DNA from: a virus
Taxonomy: Duplodnaviria > Caudoviricetes
Direction: 5' to 3' (one strand)
DNA: 64,000 nucleotides
IMG/VR virus record: IMGVR_UViG_3300036826_000050
Coordinates: 207-64,206 of that record
Position numbers and translations under genes: made by a program. A model generated the notes under the pieces. It was not told the DNA's origin. It was given only the letters and a program-made list of their open reading frames with translations, and did not search any database. This document shows, in pieces, positions 27,802 through 35,856 of this stretch (within the stretch, counting starts at the first letter, position 1; each line of letters starts with the position of its first letter).

Positions 27802-28412
27802 TCCTCGCTTGAAGGGCGGGAGCGACGGCGCTTGCCGGCGGTCTTGGGCTTGTCGGCCGTCTTGGTCGCCGTGCCGGACTTGGAGCGCGAGCGCTTGGGC
27901 TTGGGGGCCTCCTCCTGCTCGTCCTCGTCCTCCATGTCCTCGTCCTCGTCGTCAGCGCCGCCGTTGCTCGTGTAGATGCGGCCCTCGACGTCAGCGCCGC
28001 CCTCGGCCGCCAGCTCCTTGGCCTCGGCGACGGTGATCCCGAGCGACGTGGCGATGGAGTACCAGGCGACGCCCGCGTTGCGGGCCTCGGCCACCGACTC
28101 CGGATCGTCGGTCAGGCCCTCGACCTTGGCGTTCGTGAGGCGGGCGATGTGCGGTCGCAGCTGGGCGCCGTTGAAGCCGAGTTCCTCCTGGACCTCGACC
28201 CAGGTGGCGCCTTCCTCGCGCATGTCGGCCGCGCGCTGGGCGATGTCCTCGGTGATCCGTCGGCGCGTCGATGCCGGCTCGTCGTCCTCGTCCTCGTCAT
28301 CCTCGTCCTCGTCAGCCTCGGCCTCGGCGGCCTTGGCCTTCGCCCGACGGGATGTCCCGGTCTTCTTGGCGGCGGCGGTATCCGCTGCCTTCTTCCTACG
28401 TGCCTGGGGCAT
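27798..28412 (-). CDS. Tandem HTH DNA-binding protein with acidic and basic tails
   Basis: REEGATWVEVQEELG and RNAGVAWYSIATSLG; paralogue of 35857-36333. Confidence 0.75.
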   Translation of the reverse strand: MPQARRKKAADTAAAKKTGTSRRAKAKAAEAEADEDEDDEDEDDEPASTRRRITEDIAQRAADMREEGATWVEVQEELGFNGAQLRPHIARLTNAKVEGLTDDPESVAEARNAGVAWYSIATSLGITVAEAKELAAEGGADVEGRIYTSNGGADDEDEDMEDEDEQEEAPKPKRSRSKSGTATKTADKPKTAGKRRRSRPSSED

Positions 28413-28470
28413 TAGCCCTCCTTTGTTACGGTGCCCACCCCCTTGGCAGGCTCCCTATTGGCATAGCCGA

Positions 28471-29133
28471 CTATACTGGAAACTCTTTGAGAAGTCTAGC
28501 GATCCGTTCGGACAAACGTTCGGCCTGGACAGAGGCACCGATGATGGAGCCTGCGTCCTCTGCGAAGAACGTCAGCTCATGCATGAGTCGTTCAGCATCG
28601 GCTCGTGTCTTGATCTCCAGTATGACCTCGCGCGGAGAAAGTGCGTGGACGCTCAGGATTTGCAGGACGCGCGCGATACCGTCATCATTGAGCCGGTTGT
28701 ACGCAACGAGCCAGGAGACCATCATGCGACAAAGATCGCCGGTTGTCTCGATTGTTGGCAGACTCTCAGCCTGAGTCGAAGGCGTCTGGTCTGATCGCTT
28801 ACCAACGGGCATGGGCGCGGGCTTGAGCTTACGCGGACTCCAAGTGAGCGGATGTTCAGCGACGGGTCGGCCCTGGGCGTCGAGGATCACTTGCCAGAAG
28901 CCTGTCCTGCGGATACCGTCCGCCGCCTGGACCAGGGCTGTCCTCACAACCCCATCCGCGCTCGGGACGAGGGTGACGTGAAGGTTCCGGCGCGTGACCC
29001 AGAAGCGCCTCATGACCAGTAGCTTGACGCCCGGCCCGACGACCCGCATCAAGCTATCAGTCTGCTCGTTGAACTCGAAGTCCTTGCCGGGTCGGAGGCC
29101 GAACCTGAGCAGAGTGTCGTACAGGTACGGCAT
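28471..29133 (-). CDS. Hypothetical protein
   Basis: 220-aa ORF abutting upstream stop. Confidence 0.6.
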   Translation of the reverse strand: MPYLYDTLLRFGLRPGKDFEFNEQTDSLMRVVGPGVKLLVMRRFWVTRRNLHVTLVPSADGVVRTALVQAADGIRRTGFWQVILDAQGRPVAEHPLTWSPRKLKPAPMPVGKRSDQTPSTQAESLPTIETTGDLCRMMVSWLVAYNRLNDDGIARVLQILSVHALSPREVILEIKTRADAERLMHELTFFAEDAGSIIGASVQAERLSERIARLLKEFPV

Positions 29134-29613
29134 CTACCCGTAGATCATGAGCCAGCGTTCGTCGTCATCGGTCGCGGAGGCGGGATGCTCTGTCGCGAAC
29201 CGCTCCCATGTCGGTCGGCCGAGCGCCTTGGCGCAACGAATGATATCGTCGGCCGAGTACAGGACGCGGGTGGCGCCGACATCCTCCATGCAGAAGCGGT
29301 CGATGTTGTACGCGAGGTCGTTCCATGCGGGCGTATTGTCGAACAACCAGGTGACGTTTACGAACCCCATGTACGACGGATCGCCTTCGTCAGAGAACGA
29401 GCGCCAGCGGACGCGCGCCTCCTCAGGGATCATGTGCTCGGTGAGGCTCGTGTCCATGAAGATCGTTCGGCCGACGATGCGCTCGAACGACGACTCTGTC
29501 TCTGCGGCGTGGACGCGCAGCTGGCCCCAGCCGGTTCGCCCCGGCTCGCCGGCAATCTCTGCGCCGTCGGCGGTGATGACCCAGCCGACCTCGCGGTTCA
29601 TGAGGTCAGGCAT
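29134..29613 (-). CDS. Hypothetical protein
   Basis: 159-aa coupled ORF. Confidence 0.7.
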   Translation of the reverse strand: MPDLMNREVGWVITADGAEIAGEPGRTGWGQLRVHAAETESSFERIVGRTIFMDTSLTEHMIPEEARVRWRSFSDEGDPSYMGFVNVTWLFDNTPAWNDLAYNIDRFCMEDVGATRVLYSADDIIRCAKALGRPTWERFATEHPASATDDDERWLMIYG

Positions 29614-29827
29614 ACTTCCCGCCCAGCTTGCTCAGGCCCGGTACGACGAGCTTGTTGACCGTCACGCGCGTGCCGAGTAGCTCTATGCCGTGAAGCGGAG
29701 CGTTGCGGTCGATGACTCCGAACACGACATCGCCGAGAATCTCGGCATCGTTCTCGTTCGGCGGCGGGTCATTCTCGTCGGACGTCATCGGCACGGCGAG
29801 GTAGATGATCGCGTACTTGGTGACCAT
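29606..29827 (-). CDS. Hypothetical protein
   Basis: 73-aa coupled ORF. Confidence 0.6.
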   Translation of the reverse strand: MVTKYAIIYLAVPMTSDENDPPPNENDAEILGDVVFGVIDRNAPLHGIELLGTRVTVNKLVVPGLSKLGGKYA

Positions 29828-30166
29828 CTACTCCACCACCATGAGTTCTTCGCACTTGCCGGTCGCGGCGTTCCACTCCGGCTCCGGGTCGCCATCGGGT
29901 CCGGGGATCATCCGGCCCTCCTTGAACTCCCACTCGCTTGTCGAGTATTCCTCGACGCTGCCCTCTCCGTACTTGATCTTGATCGACGGCGGGTTCATGA
30001 TCGACTGGCCGGTGTTGTCGTCGACGTCACCCTCGAAGTCGCTGATCTCGATGACCTCGGCGATGTTCCAGTTCGGCGTCGGCGGGTCCTCATAGAACCT
30101 CACCTTGGTGCCGACCTTGATCTCCTTGCCCTCGAAGTCGAGGACTGTTACTGTGAACTCGGTCAT
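29828..30166 (-). CDS. Acidic hypothetical protein
   Basis: 112-aa coupled ORF. Confidence 0.65.
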   Translation of the reverse strand: MTEFTVTVLDFEGKEIKVGTKVRFYEDPPTPNWNIAEVIEISDFEGDVDDNTGQSIMNPPSIKIKYGEGSVEEYSTSEWEFKEGRMIPGPDGDPEPEWNAATGKCEELMVVE

Positions 30167-30498
30167 AGCTTCCTTTCATAGTCGCGCTTGATACGTTCGT
30201 CCGCGAGGCGGAATGCCTCTGTTACTTTGGCGAGGCCCTCGTACATCATCCGCCGCTCGCGCTCGCTGAGTCCTGGGTACTCCAACGGGCACTCGACCGA
30301 CACGGTGCGCGTCTTATTGATCATGTCCGTGAAGTCTCGGACTTTGATCGTACGCGGAGGACCCTCATGTTTCCTCCCCAGTCTTGCTAGATACTTTCGC
30401 ATACTCCTTCCTTTGTTGTACGTTCCCCGACCTACCCGAAAGACTAGCGCGGAAGCTGTTGCGCAGCTTGATCTGACATCGCGGATTCGCGTTGTCAC
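30163..30498 (-). CDS. Hypothetical protein
   Basis: ORF in operon; start may be the internal MRKY after AAGGAG. Confidence 0.55.
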   Translation of the reverse strand: MTTRIRDVRSSCATASALVFRVGRGTYNKGRSMRKYLARLGRKHEGPPRTIKVRDFTDMINKTRTVSVECPLEYPGLSERERRMMYEGLAKVTEAFRLADERIKRDYERKL

Positions 30499-30499
30499 G

Positions 30500-30634
30500 T
30501 CAGACCTCCCCGAATATCAGCAGCCACAGTAACCCGAGCGCAACGGCGACGAGGACGATGACCGCGACGATCTGAAGCGGAAGTGGTAAGTGATCCCAGA
30601 GAATGTCGCTCAGCAGAAGAGGATGAGTGTGCAT
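30500..30634 (-). CDS. Small single-TM protein (44 aa)
   Basis: Hand-read MHTHPLLLSDILWDHLPLPLQIVAVIVLVAVALGLLWLLIFGEV. Confidence 0.55.
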   Translation of the reverse strand: MHTHPLLLSDILWDHLPLPLQIVAVIVLVAVALGLLWLLIFGEV

Positions 30635-30732
30635 GCGAGGATGACGTTGATGAGGATTGAGATTATCAGAACCAGGTACAGCAAGCTTGCGCTAAGTCCG
30701 GGCTTGCCTCCGTTGTAAGGATCGGGGTACAT
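30610..30732 (-). CDS. Small single-TM protein (40 aa)
   Basis: Hand-read MYPDPYNGGKPGLSASLLYLVLIISILINVILACTLILFC; GGGAGG SD. Confidence 0.6.
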   Translation of the reverse strand: MYPDPYNGGKPGLSASLLYLVLIISILINVILACTLILFC

Positions 30733-30752
30733 GAACCTCCCTTGGGACAGCT

Positions 30753-30779
30753 GAGGGCGAGCGGTTGCCCGCCCGCCCT
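30753..30779 (-). terminator. Hairpin downstream of rpf
   Basis: AGGGCGGGCGG-GCAA-CCGCTCGCCCT on minus strand; no U tract. Confidence 0.45.
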
Positions 30780-30786
30780 CCGCTTG

Positions 30787-31344
30787 TTAGCAGTTCGGCC
30801 AGGCGTCGTACGTGACGCGCGATGCTACCTGGTCCTGGATCCACTCAGGCGCATTTCCGTATGCGCCAGGGTCGCCTCCGTGCGCCACCCAGGTCCCATA
30901 GTCGAACTGATACTTGCCCCAGTACTGTCCACTGGGACTGACTACTTGCGGGTTCCCTCCCGACTCGCAGTCAGGGTTCACCATCGAGTTGCTAGACCCG
31001 CCATTGGCGACGGTCTGGTCGGTCCGCACCCCGGCAGGGGGCTGGGGCGGTGGGACGGCTTCGCTGTGAGAGTAGGCGGGCGACCTGAGCAGCTTGACTA
31101 GCTGCCGGTTGCTTCGTCGTATCTCAGAGCAGACCGCGTTGAACGTCACGCCCTTGAATCGGACGCCGTTCTTGCGGATGTTACGTCCCGGCGCTCTGGT
31201 CCCGAGCCGGTGCGCTACTTGACGGTAGTGCTTTGAGTACGACCGCTCCAACTTGCTTGGGCAGTCCGAGCGGTCGGCCATGGCCTCTGGGGCCGTGGCA
31301 AGCACCGCGAGCGACGCCAGCGGTACTAGCAATACATAACGCAT
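30787..31344 (-). CDS. rpf: Secreted resuscitation-promoting factor (Rpf)-like lytic transglycosylase
   Basis: Signal peptide ending AMA; CESGGN...YWGKYQFDYGTW...Q...AWPNC Rpf core. Confidence 0.9.
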   Translation of the reverse strand: MRYVLLVPLASLAVLATAPEAMADRSDCPSKLERSYSKHYRQVAHRLGTRAPGRNIRKNGVRFKGVTFNAVCSEIRRSNRQLVKLLRSPAYSHSEAVPPPQPPAGVRTDQTVANGGSSNSMVNPDCESGGNPQVVSPSGQYWGKYQFDYGTWVAHGGDPGAYGNAPEWIQDQVASRVTYDAWPNC

Positions 31345-31457
31345 AAGCCTTGATCAGCACGCCTTGTCGGTACGTGACTTCCCCGAGCCGCCTCCCCAGC
31401 GGCAGCGCGCAGACCAGTAGCTCACCTCCTTGGGTTGTGGGTTGACGGGAAGTTAGC
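31345..31457 (-). promoter_or_regulatory. Structured 5' leader of rpf (candidate cis-regulatory RNA)
   Basis: ACTTCCC/GGGAAGT stem enclosing AAGGAGGTGA and a GCCGC/GCGGC hairpin; CACG..CC-GACAA-GG-CGTG hairpin. Confidence 0.5.
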
Positions 31458-31734
31458 GGGAGCGAAACAAGTCTTTGACTAGGTCGTTCATCGCTCCGTG
31501 CGAGTCGTGATCGACTGGTATCCAGGCGCCATCGACCCGAGCGTACGTTGACTTGCCCTTGTCGTGCCAGATGACAAGATAGACGCGCCCTGCTTCTTCC
31601 TCGATATGCGCCTGAACCTCAATCATTCTCGGTCGTGTCGTGCGCGAGGCAATCATCCTCGGCCGCTTGGTGCGTGTCGCGGACGGGGCCGACCCAACCG
31701 CACTTGCAGTATGCTTGCCAATGGACAGGTCCAC
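31453..31734 (-). CDS. Hypothetical protein
   Basis: Probable start at internal MIEVQ. Confidence 0.5.
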   Translation of the reverse strand: MDLSIGKHTASAVGSAPSATRTKRPRMIASRTTRPRMIEVQAHIEEEAGRVYLVIWHDKGKSTYARVDGAWIPVDHDSHGAMNDLVKDLFRSR

Positions 31735-31870
31735 CGACCTTCTGGCGCTTGATCGGCTCGGCTCGATGGTAGTCGAACGGAACGCTCATGGCAGCCTCGA
31801 TGTAATCGTGGATGGGGTTGTTTGGGTCCTGCAGCGCCAGTTGGACCTCCCAGTCCTTGTCCCAACTCAT
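31619..31870 (-). CDS. Small Zn-binding protein
   Basis: MSWDKDW start; H...WQAYCKCGW...H motif. Confidence 0.55.
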   Translation of the reverse strand: MSWDKDWEVQLALQDPNNPIHDYIEAAMSVPFDYHRAEPIKRQKVGGPVHWQAYCKCGWVGPVRDTHQAAEDDCLAHDTTEND

Positions 31871-32160
31871 GAGACGCGGGCGATGTTGACGTCGCCGTCG
31901 GGATTGACACTGATCATGACGCGACGCTCGCCGCCGAACAGCCCGGCAAGGAGCCAGACGATGAGCCAGAGGCCAAACGTCACGCAACTCAGCAGAAGGT
32001 GCAGGATGTGGTTGACAGGGCGACCGATGACTATGACAGCATCGTACTCGCTCTGGCTCTCGATCCGCGCGACCCAGCGCGTCACCTGGAATGACGGAGC
32101 CGCCGTCATCTGCGCATAGACAGCGGCGGCGAGTCGCTGCTTGCGGATGTCAGGAGTCAT
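31867..32160 (-). CDS. Membrane protein
   Basis: VNHILHLLLSCVTFGLWLIVW motif of small phage membrane proteins. Confidence 0.7.
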   Translation of the reverse strand: MTPDIRKQRLAAAVYAQMTAAPSFQVTRWVARIESQSEYDAVIVIGRPVNHILHLLLSCVTFGLWLIVWLLAGLFGGERRVMISVNPDGDVNIARVS

Positions 32161-32402
32161 CGTGCTACCCAGGCACCACGGATGAACGGTTCCTCATCGA
32201 CCGCGCCGTCGGACTTGACTGCGTAGATCGCGCCGGTCGCACGCCACATGGCGATCTTGCGCTCGCCTTCCAGGTGGACCCAGACATCGACCAGGAGCCA
32301 GGGTGACGCGCGCTCGATCTTGAAGGTGACGGACTCGACGTCAAGGCGGACGAGCGCCTGGTGCAGCTGATTGAGCTCACGCTCAGACGGGTATCGGATC
32401 AT
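32157..32402 (-). CDS. Hypothetical protein
   Basis: MIRYPS start coupled to upstream stop. Confidence 0.55.
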   Translation of the reverse strand: MIRYPSERELNQLHQALVRLDVESVTFKIERASPWLLVDVWVHLEGERKIAMWRATGAIYAVKSDGAVDEEPFIRGAWVAR

Positions 32403-32623
32403 CCGATGCCCCGGTAGTAGTTGATCGTAGGGATCAGCGCCTCGACCTCGTGCATCAGCCACTCCTGGCTTGGGTTGCTGGGCTGCACGAGGCAGGACTC
32501 GATGTATCCCTCGGCGATGTCGCGGCTACTGACCTTGCGTTCCTCGACGGTGTCCATGTAGTCGCTGACGAACTGCGCGAGGTCGGCGTTGTACGCGACG
32601 CCGTGGTGGGCATCTTCGCTCAT
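32399..32623 (-). CDS. Hypothetical protein
   Basis: 74-aa coupled ORF. Confidence 0.65.
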   Translation of the reverse strand: MSEDAHHGVAYNADLAQFVSDYMDTVEERKVSSRDIAEGYIESCLVQPSNPSQEWLMHEVEALIPTINYYRGIG

Positions 32624-32901
32624 GAGACCTTGACCTCCCCGTTCTTGACCTTGACGTTCGCGTACCAGCGGCGGTTCTGGTACGGGTCGGGACCGACGAC
32701 CGACAACTCCCAGTCGGTCGAGTGCTCGGCGAGGCTGAGCAGATCGTCCAGCTCGATGAAGCCGGGGAGGAAGTCAGCGTGGACCATCGCCGTCTGGTCG
32801 AAGACGACGTTGCCCTTCTCGCGGACCGCCGCCTTGAGGGCTGCCTTGGTCAGCAGGCGCGTGCCTTCATTGGTCATCGCGCCGACGTTTACGTAGAGCA
32901 T
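32620..32901 (-). CDS. Hypothetical phage protein
   Basis: TKAALKAAV...VVGPDPYQNRRWYANV; AAGGAG SD. Confidence 0.7.
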   Translation of the reverse strand: MLYVNVGAMTNEGTRLLTKAALKAAVREKGNVVFDQTAMVHADFLPGFIELDDLLSLAEHSTDWELSVVGPDPYQNRRWYANVKVKNGEVKVS

Positions 32902-33184
32902 TGTACTCCTTTCAGTCGTGGACGTAGGGTTGGGGAAGGCCGGTGTGCAGCAGGCAGCTCGGGCCGTACCAGGGCTGCCCGTTGAGGCGGACGCGCCCCG
33001 ACCAGGAGCGCGCGTAGTACCAGGAGCTGACGGTCCAGCTGCCGTTGACTTCGAGTTCCCAGACCTCGGTCATCGGTGGAACATCCTCCACACGAGGTTG
33101 CGGACAAGCGCGACAGCGAGCGGCGCGCGTCTGTAAAAGACGCGCGTACCGATTCGCAGCGGGAGCGGGCGGAACAGAACGGGC

Positions 33185-33466
33185 CTAGTCATTGAAGACC
33201 CGGACGATGAAGCGGTTGTGGAACGTAGCCGCGATGGGCTGGTAGTCCCAGTGGGCGATCCCGTCCTCGCTGCGCTCGACGTGCTCCAGCGCGATGACGA
33301 GTTCCTCTCCGGTTCGCTCGCTCACGAGCGTGTAGCCTTCGTCGCACGCGTCATCCCAGACGCGCGACGGGCGGGGCAGCGATGAGTCCTCGGCGACGAA
33401 CAGGGACTTGTCGGGGACCCAAGTGAAGTGCTGGGTTCCGATTCGGGTTGGGGACAGTAGAGCCAT
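33185..33466 (-). CDS. Hypothetical protein
   Basis: Follows conserved SD-hairpin leader. Confidence 0.7.
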   Translation of the reverse strand: MALLSPTRIGTQHFTWVPDKSLFVAEDSSLPRPSRVWDDACDEGYTLVSERTGEELVIALEHVERSEDGIAHWDYQPIAATFHNRFIVRVFND

Positions 33467-33540
33467 CTTACTTTGACCTCCTAGGTCGCTTGAGTTCAGC
33501 GGGCCGATCCCGCTCGCGCTAAGGGTAGCGCGTTTCCTGC
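33467..33540 (-). promoter_or_regulatory. Promoter (CAGGAAACGCGC-TACCCT) plus SD-hairpin leader
   Basis: TACCCT at 33522-27; TCAAGCGACCTAGGAGGTCAAAGTAAG. Confidence 0.65.
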
Positions 33541-33573
33541 TGAAGGCATACCCTGCTCGACGATGATGTCATG

Positions 33574-33696
33574 TCACCTTCGCTTCGTCATGATTACGAG
33601 TAGCACGGCGACGATCATCAGGACAACGACGCCACAGAGGATCGCGATGATGAGCAGGTCGTGGAGCGTGAGCGAGTCTATGCTGGTTGATGTCAT
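33574..33696 (-). CDS. Small single-TM protein (40 aa)
   Basis: Hand-read MTSTSIDSLTLHDLLIIAILCGVVVLMIVAVLLVIMTKRR. Confidence 0.5.
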   Translation of the reverse strand: MTSTSIDSLTLHDLLIIAILCGVVVLMIVAVLLVIMTKRR

Positions 33697-33720
33697 AGGC
33701 CGGTAGTCTACCGGCTGGTG

Positions 33721-33942
33721 TCAATCAAGTCGCTCGATATACATCGCCACATCGTCGTTGTAGTCCATGGCCTGACCGACGCCATCGATCCAACCATCAA
33801 TCACGGCCTTGTTGTCCTTGCCGTCCTCGCCTTGACAGGCAGGATCGTTGTCGGCTATGTCCTGGAGGAACTTAGCTAGCAGATTCAAGAAGCGTTGGTT
33901 CTTGCGAACCTTGCGATGTATCTTCCTCGCATACTTATCCAT
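33721..33942 (-). CDS. Hypothetical protein
   Basis: 73-aa ORF with TGATG coupling. Confidence 0.65.
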   Translation of the reverse strand: MDKYARKIHRKVRKNQRFLNLLAKFLQDIADNDPACQGEDGKDNKAVIDGWIDGVGQAMDYNDDVAMYIERLD

Positions 33943-34319
33943 CAGTCCTCCGCCCTGAGGTATCGCTTTGCCTGGATATTGAGAATGATGCGCTGGCGCT
34001 GGAGGTTGTCCTCGACTGTCTGCTCCAATAGCTTCTCAAGTCTGCTGTTGAACCTCGTGCCCTTATCCTCATAGTCCTCTGCGGCATCTACCAGGAGATC
34101 GCAAGTGAACTCGACGAATGGTTTGTCGTACGGCAGGCGACCCTCCTTGTCGAGGTAGGCCGCTTTGTAGAAACCCAGGAGCATGATGAGCCTGTAGCGA
34201 TCCAGCCTGTACTCGGCGGCGGGTGTGATGTGAGTGAGTGCCATCTTGAGCGCTCGCTGGATCGCTATGTTGGGAGCAAGTTTGCGGAACTCGACTGTGG
34301 TGACAGGGTTCTGTGACAT
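33942..34319 (-). CDS. Hypothetical protein
   Basis: 125-aa ORF. Confidence 0.65.
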   Translation of the reverse strand: MSQNPVTTVEFRKLAPNIAIQRALKMALTHITPAAEYRLDRYRLIMLLGFYKAAYLDKEGRLPYDKPFVEFTCDLLVDAAEDYEDKGTRFNSRLEKLLEQTVEDNLQRQRIILNIQAKRYLRAED

Positions 34320-34744
34320 GAGTAGATTCTACCGGACGAATCGTTGAGAGTCGAGTCTGAAGTGCCATCAGCGCTGCGACAGTCTTGGCAAGGGGCTGAC
34401 AATATGACGAGTGATGACTGTTGGTGGACTCGCGTACGTCGGGGATGCGCGCGCGTATCCCCGCATCCCCGCGCGCGCGAGGGCTATTGTGCCCATGGGA
34501 AGCAATTGACTCAGAACTGACTATGTCGTGATGGCTATACGCGCGCGGGGCTTTCCGAGCGGGGGTGTTGTCAGTAGGTCGCGAAGAAGTGAGTGGGAGC
34601 AGGAGAGGGGAGGGAACGAGGCGAGAGAGGTCGGGCATCGCGCTGGCGCGGATAGCTCCGCGCGAGACATCATGTTGTGGTGGTGTTGAAAGGCGGTGCT
34701 GCTTGATGTAGGCGCGGCGCTCGCGCGAGAGCGTGGCCGCGGAG

Positions 34745-34846
34745 CATTAGCTCTCAGGTGTGTTCCGTGGGCGCTCCGTGGCTGCGCGGGACTCTGGAAG
34801 GGGTAGGGTAGGGTCGGGTGCATCATGGGCTCTCGTGGGCGCGTAT
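34745..34846 (-). repeat. Dispersed element, copy C (1 nt shorter)
   Basis: GAGA...CATGATG..ACCCTACCCTACCCCTT..GCAGCCACGGAG-N6-CGGAAC; followed by ATGCTCCGC as in copy B. Confidence 0.75.
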
Positions 34847-34880
34847 GGGTTGGTGGTTCGCAGATGTGAGTGCAGATGTG

Positions 34881-34910
34881 AAAAGGCCCGGCACTTTGGC
34901 CGGGCCTTTT
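34881..34910. terminator. Bidirectional intrinsic terminator
   Basis: AAAAGGCCCGGC-ACTTTG-GCCGGGCCTTTT. Confidence 0.85.
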
Positions 34911-34972
34911 GCGCTACTTGCGGAGCTTGGGCAGCAGGAACAAGAGCGTGATGAACAGGAGGGTCGCGAGCG

Positions 34973-35188
34973 TCATCGCTGGTCGAGTAGGTCGACAGCG
35001 GCAGCGAGGGTTGAGACGGTGGCGATCCTCTTGTCGATGATTCGGCCGGTCTCTGTCGCGCGGTAGACGGCCCACTCGATGTCGTTGTCTGTCTGGGACG
35101 GGGCGATCTGACCGATGCGGTCGTCGCCTTGGTAGACGTTGAGCGTGTCGTCGAACGCGACCGTCAGGGTAGGCGGGGACTGGATCAT
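34973..35188 (-). CDS. Hypothetical protein
   Basis: MIQSPP start coupled to upstream TGA. Confidence 0.5.
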   Translation of the reverse strand: MIQSPPTLTVAFDDTLNVYQGDDRIGQIAPSQTDNDIEWAVYRATETGRIIDKRIATVSTLAAAVDLLDQR

Positions 35189-35354
35189 GAGACTGGGCCA
35201 GTCCACTTGTTGCCGCGGACCTTGCGGAGTGTCCTTCTGGGAGACAGGACGACACCGTTGGTGCGGTACGGCTCGGGCTTGCTGTACTCGGTGCGGCGGC
35301 TTTGCCCGTTGGGGTGTTGCGGGTTGAAGGGCTTGCGCCGCTGGGGGCGGGGCA

Positions 35355-35588
35355 TCAGTTGACCTCCAGGTACTCGGCAACGATGTTCATGCCGGTTGTC
35401 GTCAGGGTTCCGCCGGGGCACTGGCCCGCGTCGGTTGCGGCGGCGATGGCGCCGCGCTGAACGCTGTTGAAGCGGTCGGGGTCGCCATCGACCTTGCGCC
35501 AGGCCTCCTGGAGCGCGTGGCCGAGGCGCGAGGCCGCCATGTCGCGGACGACCTCGCTGAGGGGTCGGAACTTGTCGTCGGGGGTCAT
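35355..35588 (-). CDS. Hypothetical protein
   Basis: MTPDDKF start after GAGG. Confidence 0.6.
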   Translation of the reverse strand: MTPDDKFRPLSEVVRDMAASRLGHALQEAWRKVDGDPDRFNSVQRGAIAAATDAGQCPGGTLTTTGMNIVAEYLEVN

Positions 35589-35589
35589 G

Positions 35590-35739
35590 CTAGTTGACCT
35601 CAACGGTTGCGGTCTGCGGGACGAAGACGCCCCAGTACATGCCGACCGGGCGGACGCGGGCGGTGATGCCGTCGGCCTTGAGGCTCTGCTTGAGGAGCAG
35701 GGCGGACTGGCGGCGGGGGAACTTGACGAGCAGGGTCAT
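35590..35739 (-). CDS. Small protein (49 aa)
   Basis: Hand-read MTLLVKFPRRQSALLLKQSL...; TCAAGC/SD-hairpin leader. Confidence 0.65.
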   Translation of the reverse strand: MTLLVKFPRRQSALLLKQSLKADGITARVRPVGMYWGVFVPQTATVEVN

Positions 35740-35856
35740 TCGGGTTGCCTCCTTGAGGCGCTTGAGGGTTGATCGGGGGTTCCCGATCCGTCAACCTCGC
35801 GGGTTGGCGCGAGATTGGCGGATCGGGCGGGGCTTGCGCCCCGCCCTTTCCTTGGG

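Noticed and set aside
636-33136. Many long plus-strand ORFs in the early arm, and minus-strand ORFs in the late arm
   Set aside because: Antisense shadows of high-GC genes; Ser/Arg-rich with no motifs or SD
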